Assembly (NCBI GenBank): GCA_043800755.1 | Contig: JAZDMQ010000027.1 | Coordinates: 1 to 31,195, forward strand | Reading direction: 5' to 3' | Length of the DNA stretch: 31,195 nt | Source of the DNA: a bacterium | GTDB lineage: Bacteria; Methylomirabilota; Methylomirabilia; CAVQYV01 | In this document: one piece after another, positions 25,381-31,195 of the stretch | Layout: every line of letters begins with the position of its first letter | Numbering within the stretch: the stretch's first letter is position 1 | Notes under the pieces: generated by a model | Told to the model about the DNA's origin: nothing | Seen by the model: the letters and a program-made list of their open reading frames with translations, nothing else | Databases searched by the model: none | Made by a program: the position numbers and the translations under genes

Positions 25381-27135
25381 ATGTTGCACGAGCTTCGTAT
25401 CCGGGACTTCGCCCTCATCCAAGAGGTCTCCGTGGAATTCCTCCCCGGCTTCAATGTCCTGACCGGGGAGACCGGAGCGGGTAAATCGATCATCATTGAT
25501 GCCCTTGCCTTTCTCCTGGGTGCTCGGGCCCAGAATGAACAGATCCGCTCCGGAGCCGAAGAAGCCGTCGTCGAGGGCAGCTTCGACCCTCTGCCATTCC
25601 CCGAGTTCCGAGATCTCATGGAGGGCGCAGGCCTTCATCAAGATCCAGATCAGTTCTTGCTCCTCAAGCGCCATCTGCTGAACGATGGGAAGAACAAGGC
25701 CTACATTAATGGGAGCCTCGTTTCCTTGTCGGTGCTCCGGGAACTGGGGGATTACCTGGTTGACATCCAGGGCCAGCATCAGAGCCAGTCTCTGCTGGAG
25801 TCCAGGAGGCAACAGGGATTGCTGGACGCCTACGCAGGACATCAGGAGAAGGTGAAGCAGCTGCAGCATTGCTATCAGCGCGTACAGTGGATAAAAAAGG
25901 AGCTGGCCGAGTTGAGCCAGGATCAGGGCGATGTGGGAAAGAGAGAGGAATTACTCGAATTCCAAAGGGCAGAGATCGAGGCCGTCCAATTGAAGCCTGA
26001 GGAGGAGGAAGAGATCGCCCGGGAGGCATCGATTCTGTCCAATGCGGAGCGGTTGTTTGGTTGGTGTGAGGCGACCTGGGGCAAGATCTGCGATGAGCCA
26101 GGGGCCGCCCTCGATTCTATCTCCTCGGCGATCTCCTCTCTGAAGGAGGGGAAGGGGGTTGATCCCCGGCTGGCCACTCCGCTGGAGGCCCTGCAATCGG
26201 CCCGGATTTATCTCGAGGAGGCGGCATCTTTCCTGAAAAGCTATCAAGGCAAGATCGATTTCGATTCCGGACGCCTGGAGGAGCTGGAGGTGCGGCTCTC
26301 GATCATTGCAAAGCTCAAACGAAAATACGGGGGGACCGTCTCGGAGATCCTAAATTATCACCGGCAACTCCTGCGAGAATTGGAGGATATTCGAGGGCTG
26401 GCAGAAAGGCAGGCCCGGATCTCTTCAGAGCGGGAGGGGCTATTGCAGGAAATGGGGCGCCTTGCCCTGGAGATCTCCCGAGCCAGAAGGGAGGCGGGGA
26501 TCTCCATGGGGGAAAAGGTCCAGCAGGAGCTGCGACAGCTCGGCATGCCGGGGGCCATCTTTTTGGTGGAGCTCTCGGATCTGGAGGATCCAGCCGGCGA
26601 GCTGGTGGTGGAAGATAAGAGGTACCCGCCTTCCCCGCGAGGGATAGATGGGGTTGATTATCTATTTTCCTCCAATCCCGGGGAAGAGGTAAAGGCGTTA
26701 TCCAAGATCATCTCTGGCGGTGAACTCTCTCGAGTCGTCTTGGCCTTGAAGACGACCCTGGCAGCCCTTGATGAAATTCAGACCTTGGTCCTGGATGAGG
26801 TCGACACGGGCATCAGTGGAAGCATGGCGGAGGTGGTGGGCCAGAAGCTGAGGACCTTAGGCAGCCAGCGGCAGGTCCTGTGCATCACTCATCTTCCTCA
26901 CATCGCTACCTTCGGGGATGCCCATTTTAGCGTGATCAAGCAACAACAGGGCGACCGAACCGTGGCGCGAGTGCAGAGGTTGAGGGAGACGGAGAGGGTG
27001 AACGAGATCGGACGGATGTTGGGCGACAAGGGGATCTCACAAACACCCCTGCGGCACGCGAGGGAGATCCTCTCTCAAGCCCGGGAATGGAAACGGGGAG
27101 AAGATGCCACTCTCACGACCCCTAAGAGGATATAG
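25381..27135 (+). CDS. recN: DNA repair protein RecN
   Basis: TGETGAGKS, IQGQH, coiled coil, SGGELSR, DEVDTGISG, QVLCITHLP. Confidence 0.97.
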   Translation: MLHELRIRDFALIQEVSVEFLPGFNVLTGETGAGKSIIIDALAFLLGARAQNEQIRSGAEEAVVEGSFDPLPFPEFRDLMEGAGLHQDPDQFLLLKRHLLNDGKNKAYINGSLVSLSVLRELGDYLVDIQGQHQSQSLLESRRQQGLLDAYAGHQEKVKQLQHCYQRVQWIKKELAELSQDQGDVGKREELLEFQRAEIEAVQLKPEEEEEIAREASILSNAERLFGWCEATWGKICDEPGAALDSISSAISSLKEGKGVDPRLATPLEALQSARIYLEEAASFLKSYQGKIDFDSGRLEELEVRLSIIAKLKRKYGGTVSEILNYHRQLLRELEDIRGLAERQARISSEREGLLQEMGRLALEISRARREAGISMGEKVQQELRQLGMPGAIFLVELSDLEDPAGELVVEDKRYPPSPRGIDGVDYLFSSNPGEEVKALSKIISGGELSRVVLALKTTLAALDEIQTLVLDEVDTGISGSMAEVVGQKLRTLGSQRQVLCITHLPHIATFGDAHFSVIKQQQGDRTVARVQRLRETERVNEIGRMLGDKGISQTPLRHAREILSQAREWKRGEDATLTTPKRI

Positions 27136-28784
27136 GAACCTTCAACGCCTGACCCAAATCATCAATGTTTTTGCCAAGCAGGGATTTGGCTACCTGGTCG
27201 TGCTGCTCAGGCTGAGAAATATCCTTCCCCTCAGGCGCCGATTTGAGAGGGAAGGAGAGGGCCTCCGGGCGATAACGATTCCCAAGAGAATCCGTTTAGC
27301 CTTCGAAGAGTTGGGGCCTACCTTCATTAAAATGGGCCAAATCCTGAGTTCCCGCCCGGACCTGATTCCTCCTTCTTTCGTGGAGGAGTTCAAACGCCTC
27401 CAGGATCGCGTCCCTCCCTTTCCCTTCGAGCAGGTGAGGGAGACCGTGGAGAGGGAGCTCGGCGTTCCCATCGAAGAGAACTTCTCCTACTTCTGCGAAA
27501 CCCTGGAAGCCGCCGCTTCCATCGCCCAGGTGCATCGCGCCGTCTTAAGAGACGGCTCGCCAGTGATCTTGAAGGTCCAGCGGCCGCAAGTCGATAAGGT
27601 CATCGAGGAGGATGTCCTCCTGTTGCAGGCCCTGGCGCAGCTCTTAGAACGGCATTTGGCAGAGATACGCATCTACAATCCCACGGGGGATCGTCTCTGA
27701 GTTCTCCCGGGCCATTCGGCGAGAGCTCGATTTCAGCCTCGAATCCTCCAATCTGGAGAGGTTCCGCCAGAACTTCAGAGGCCGTTCCTCGGTGGTCATT
27801 CCGCGAGTTTACTGGAACCAGAGCACCTCACGACTCCTGACCTTGGAGTGGCTGGAGGGAATCCCCATTGATGAGGTGGAGAGGATCAGACAAGATGGCC
27901 ATGACCCAATAGAGATCGCCCGCCTCCTGGTAGATGCTTATCTGGTGCAGATCTTTGAGCACGGACTCTTTCACGCCGACCCCCATCCCGGCAATATCCT
28001 GGTCCTTGAAGGAGGTAAGATGGCCCTCTTGGATTTTGGCATCGTGGGCCGCATCCGCCCGGAGATGATGGGGGTCAATGCCTCCGTGTTCTTAGCCCTG
28101 GTGAAAAGGGATTATGACCGGCTGGTGGAGGAGATCTTGAAGGTCGGACTGGTATCCGACGAAGCCCAGATGCGAGGTTTTCGAGAGGACCTGATCGATT
28201 TCATTGAGCCGCATTATGGGCGGGACCTGGCGCATATCGAGGTGGGAAAGATCGTCTCGGAGGCCACCCAGTTGGCCAACAAATATCATATTCGCCTGCC
28301 CCTGGATCTGGTGCTATTGGGCAAAACCCTGGTGACCGTGGAAGGGGTGGCGCGGCAGCTCAATCCCCACCTGAACCTCCTGGAGATCGCCAAACCTTAT
28401 GCCCACCGGCTCATCCGTCGAGAGAGAAGCCCCTGGAATTTGACCTCCAAGGCCTTTTCCCTTGCTCAGGAATATGGAGAGCTGGTGGAGAAGTTGCCTT
28501 CCCAGATTCACCTCGCCATGACCAAGCTGTTGCACGGCAGGCTGAGGGTGGAATTTAGCCATGTGGGGTTGGAGCATCTGCCGAAGGAGATGGATCGCTC
28601 CAGCAATCGCATCTCTTCCAGCCTCATCATCTCCGCCATCATCGTGGCCTCCTCCCTGATCATCAATTCCGGCAAGGGACCCCTGATTTTTGGGTTCTCC
28701 GCCCTCGGGGTCGTGGGTTTCTCCCTTGCGGGACTTCTCGGCCTTTGACTGGCGATTGACATTTTGAGATCGGGTAGGCTCTGA
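27104..28784 (+). pseudogene. UbiB/AarF (ABC1) kinase family protein, disrupted by a +1 frameshift and a late nonsense codon
   Basis: ELGPTFIKMGQILSSRPDL, AASIAQVH, LKVQRP. G5 at 27685-27689 breaks YNPTG-IVSEF...RELDF. FHADPHPGN and DFG lie in the second frame. TGA at 28746 interrupts GL[W]LAIDILRSGRL*. Confidence 0.85.
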
Positions 28785-28933
28785 TAGGAGATTGGCTTTT
28801 CCGCAAGCAGTCGAACGGGCCCTTAAACAGGAAGGAGTTTTGAGATCGAGTGAAGGAATGCGCCTTATATTCTCATGAAGAATCGGGCGGCTAATTAGGA
28901 AGAGGACAAGGACTGGAGGGATGAATCGTAACG

Positions 28934-30133
28934 ATGGAAAGGGATGAACAGAGAGAGGTCTTGCTCTTGGGATTATCTCATGCCCTGGTGCACGGGTACA
29001 TGCTGCTCTTTCCGGCAGTACTCCTGCTGATCATGAAGGAGTTCGGTGTGGGCTATTTCCGGCTGGGGATCCTGGGAACCATTGCCAATTTTGCCTTTGG
29101 GCTGGGTGCTTTGCCTGCAGGCTTCCTTTCCGACCGTCTGGGAGCGAGGCGACTCATCCTGTTTTACCTCTTCGGCTCCGCCTTTGCTGCGACCCTGGTC
29201 TCCCTCTCCCGATCATTTTTTCACCTGGCGCTCTGTTTGGGGTTGCTGGGTTTGTTTTGCAGCCTCTACCATCCTTGCAGCCTGGCCCTGCTTTCCCGTT
29301 TCAGAGAGCATGGAAAGGCCTTTGGGATCGTGGGGGCCTTGGGGAACGTGGGCCTGGCCCTTTCGCCCCTCTTGGCCGGATATTTTGCCTCGCGTCTCGG
29401 ATGGAGGAGGACCTTTCCCCTGTTTTCCCTGGCAGGCTTGATCGTGAGCTTCGCCTACCTTTTCCTGCAGAGGCACCTCTTCTCTGCAGGCGGGCAGAGG
29501 AAGGCGGAAAGAGGGGCTTCAGCTCCCCCAGAAGAGGGCACATGGATTACCCTCCCCTTTGTCTTGCTCCTTTTTATGCAGATGCTAGCGGGCTTTTCCT
29601 TCCAGGGGGTCACTACCTTCCTCCCGACCTATCTCGCTCGAAGGGTGGAGATCCAGCTATTCGGCCTGGATGCGGTGGGAATTGGAGGGATCATGGCCAG
29701 CATCTCTCTCATCATAGGGGTCTTTGGACAATACCTGGGAGGGTACCTGGGACAAAAGACGAATGCCAAGAGACTCTATCTCTTCATGGTATCCGCCACC
29801 TTTCCTTTCCTGCTGATCGCCGGTTCAACTCGAAATCTGCTCTTGGTAGCGGCCGTTGCCGCCTTCGCCTTCTTTTACTTCTGCGCCCAGCCCATAGGGA
29901 ATATCCTCCTCGCAAGCTTTACCTCCACCAAGGCTCGAGGTAAAGGCTATGGCATCTCCTTCTTTTTCTCCTTCGGGCTTGGGTCCCTGGCCGCCAGCTT
30001 TTGTGGCTTTATTGCAGAGAGGGTCTCCTTGCCCGCAGTCTTTGTTGTTCTTTCCGTCCTCACCTTTCTTCAAGCAAACATGGCCTTTGTCCTCACGCGC
30101 CTCCATGAGTATCCCCGCCCCACCTCCAGATAG
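28934..30133 (+). CDS. MFS transporter (Fsr/MFS_1-like)
   Basis: 399 aa, about 12 hydrophobic segments; motif A GFLSDRLGARR; SLYHP; GNVG. Confidence 0.9.
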   Translation: MERDEQREVLLLGLSHALVHGYMLLFPAVLLLIMKEFGVGYFRLGILGTIANFAFGLGALPAGFLSDRLGARRLILFYLFGSAFAATLVSLSRSFFHLALCLGLLGLFCSLYHPCSLALLSRFREHGKAFGIVGALGNVGLALSPLLAGYFASRLGWRRTFPLFSLAGLIVSFAYLFLQRHLFSAGGQRKAERGASAPPEEGTWITLPFVLLLFMQMLAGFSFQGVTTFLPTYLARRVEIQLFGLDAVGIGGIMASISLIIGVFGQYLGGYLGQKTNAKRLYLFMVSATFPFLLIAGSTRNLLLVAAVAAFAFFYFCAQPIGNILLASFTSTKARGKGYGISFFFSFGLGSLAASFCGFIAERVSLPAVFVVLSVLTFLQANMAFVLTRLHEYPRPTSR

Positions 30134-30346
30134 ATCCGGCCAGGAGAAGTGGCAAGCCAACCGTCGGTTTTCTGGAGAGTCAATCCCATTCTTAGTTGAA
30201 ATTCCTCAGCGACCCCTGTCATGGCCTTATGCAACTTGATCTCCCCTTGCGGTCCTTTCCCCTCGGATCTCCCCCTGCAGGGCAGCCCGCAGGGTGGGAA
30301 GATGCCGGTATCCCTTGACCCGGCGAAGCCTGGGTTCGATGTCCAG

Positions 30347-30373
30347 CCTGCCTGTGCGTGGCACGCAGACAGG
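30347..30373 (-). repeat. 27-bp palindromic micro-insertion (element E1)
   Basis: Minus strand CCTGTC-TGCGTG-C-CACGCA-CAGGCAGG; adds PVCVPRTGR between VASAL and LDIEPRL. Confidence 0.85.
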
Positions 30374-30725
30374 CAGGGCAGAGGCCACCCATCTCTGCTT
30401 CTGATCGCTGTTTCTCCAGCGGTCCACCGGATTCGTTCGTTCCCCCACTTGGGACATCAGGGATTCCAGGCAGTGGGTGGTCTTCAGGCTGAGTCCCAGT
30501 TGAGGAAATACCCCCAACCGGTGCAAGGTGAGGGTCTCCTCCATCCCCTCGTCCAGACTGGCGACCGCGGAGACATTCACCAGGCGCAGCTCCTGCCGGC
30601 AGCGATGGAGCGCAGCCTGAGCTTCGGTGTAGGTAGGCTTCTCGTACGCGGCCTGCAGCCTCCTCCGCCAGAGGGCCTGCTGGGACTTGGGGAGATAGCT
30701 CACCACATTCTCCCGTTTATGCCAC

Positions 30726-30782
30726 TCTGCCTGTGCGTTGCACCTGTCTGCCGTGCTTACGGCACAGGCAGGCGCAGACAGG
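30726..30782. repeat. Nested palindromic micro-insertions: a 27-bp outer element split by a 30-bp inner element (30743-30772)
   Basis: TCTGCCTGTGCGTTGCA[CCTGTC-TGCCGT-GCTT-ACGGCA-CAGGCAGG]CGCAGACAGG. The rejoined outer element differs from E1 at 2 of 27 positions. Confidence 0.85.
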
Positions 30783-30968
30783 AGGGCGATGATCATCTCA
30801 TCCTCGGCGAAGGTTTTCCCATCCAGGATCAGGGCCACGAAGTCATAGGAGTCCAATCGGCGTTCGCAGAGCTCGCGGAGCTTCCGGGCGCTGGCCCGGA
30901 TGAAGCGGCGGGAGAGGGAGGAGGCACTCAGGCCGAAGGCAGCGGGGATCGCCTCCGCACACTCCCCA

Positions 30969-30986
30969 CCTGTCTGCGCAGGCAGG
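30969..30986 (+). repeat. 18-bp palindromic micro-insertion (element E2)
   Basis: CCTGTCTGCGCAGGCAGG; removing it restores ...RSY-GECAEAIP. Confidence 0.8.
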
Positions 30987-31195
30987 TAGGATCGGCAGCT
31001 CAGACCCCGGAGGATCTTCCGGAGGATTCCCGGATCGGCCTGATGGGGCTTCTGCAGGCCCTGGTAGGTCTGGAGGGGAACTTCCCGGTTGTGGGCCCGA
31101 TCCCACAGCCTCCTGTAGATGACGGCCAGCTTCTGATCGGCCAGGTAGACCGAGCCTCTTTGCTGACTCCAGCGGACCACTCCCGGGAGACCTCC

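Larger units (their letters stand above)
30175..31195 (-). mobile_element. IS256-family insertion sequence, partial (runs off the right edge), degenerate
   Basis: Mutator-type transposase ORF. GAGAGTCAATCCCATTCTTAGTTGAAATT, about 25-50 bp beyond its stop, is a probable terminal inverted repeat; the partner end is outside the window. Confidence 0.75.
30227..31195 (-). pseudogene. IS256-family transposase: 5' end outside the window, internal deletion, in-frame palindromic insertions
   Basis: GLSCRSY, FGLSASSLSRRF, LILDGKTF (first Asp), WHKRENV, SLKTTHCLES (Glu region), LDIEPRLRRVKGY. The segment between MIIAL and WHKREN is replaced by repeat-derived peptide. Confidence 0.85.

Noticed and set aside
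8128-28748. TGA recoding (Trp or Sec) suggested by TGA at Trp/Gly positions in the MBL fragment and the ubiB-like gene
   Set aside because: Many intact genes here end in TGA (addA, ribD, ribH, nusB, dxs), the positions are not Cys-equivalent, and both genes have other lesions.
30347-30986. CRISPR array interpretation of the palindromic repeats
   Set aside because: Irregular spacing, mixed orientation, variable length, intervening DNA is transposase coding sequence, and there are no cas genes. The AddB Cas4-like domain is part of AddAB.

Overview
A GC-rich bacterial chromosomal segment, probably from an anaerobe; the flavodiiron protein/rubredoxin pair and gene order resemble Desulfobacterota-like lineages (inference). 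The backbone is housekeeping: a Zn-dependent alcohol dehydrogenase, addA-addB, rubredoxin-fprA, ribD-ribE-ribBA-ribH-nusB (extended by an M17 N-terminal-domain protein, a frameshifted metallophosphoesterase and a transglutaminase-like protein), xseA-xseB-ispA-dxs-nadK-recN-ubiB-like (disrupted), and an MFS transporter. An accessory patch at about 8.0-10.5 kb holds a decayed MBL-hydrolase fragment, a secreted beta-barrel protein, REP-like palindromes and an MntA/HepT toxin-antitoxin pair. A partial IS256-family element lies at the right edge. Two non-coding signals stand out. (1) A ~190-nt promoter-plus-leader module occurs twice (67-259 minus, 8386-8579 plus) with conserved spacing, a covarying two-part hairpin and an identical 19-nt tail; it is a candidate uncharacterised attenuator or cis-regulatory RNA. 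(2) Four tiny palindromic elements (CCTGTCTGC...CAGGCAGG; 18, 27, 27 and 30 bp, all multiples of 3) are inserted in frame in the IS256 transposase. One is nested inside another, at the junction of a deletion that removes a catalytic segment. All family assignments come from motif recognition by eye; no database search was run.
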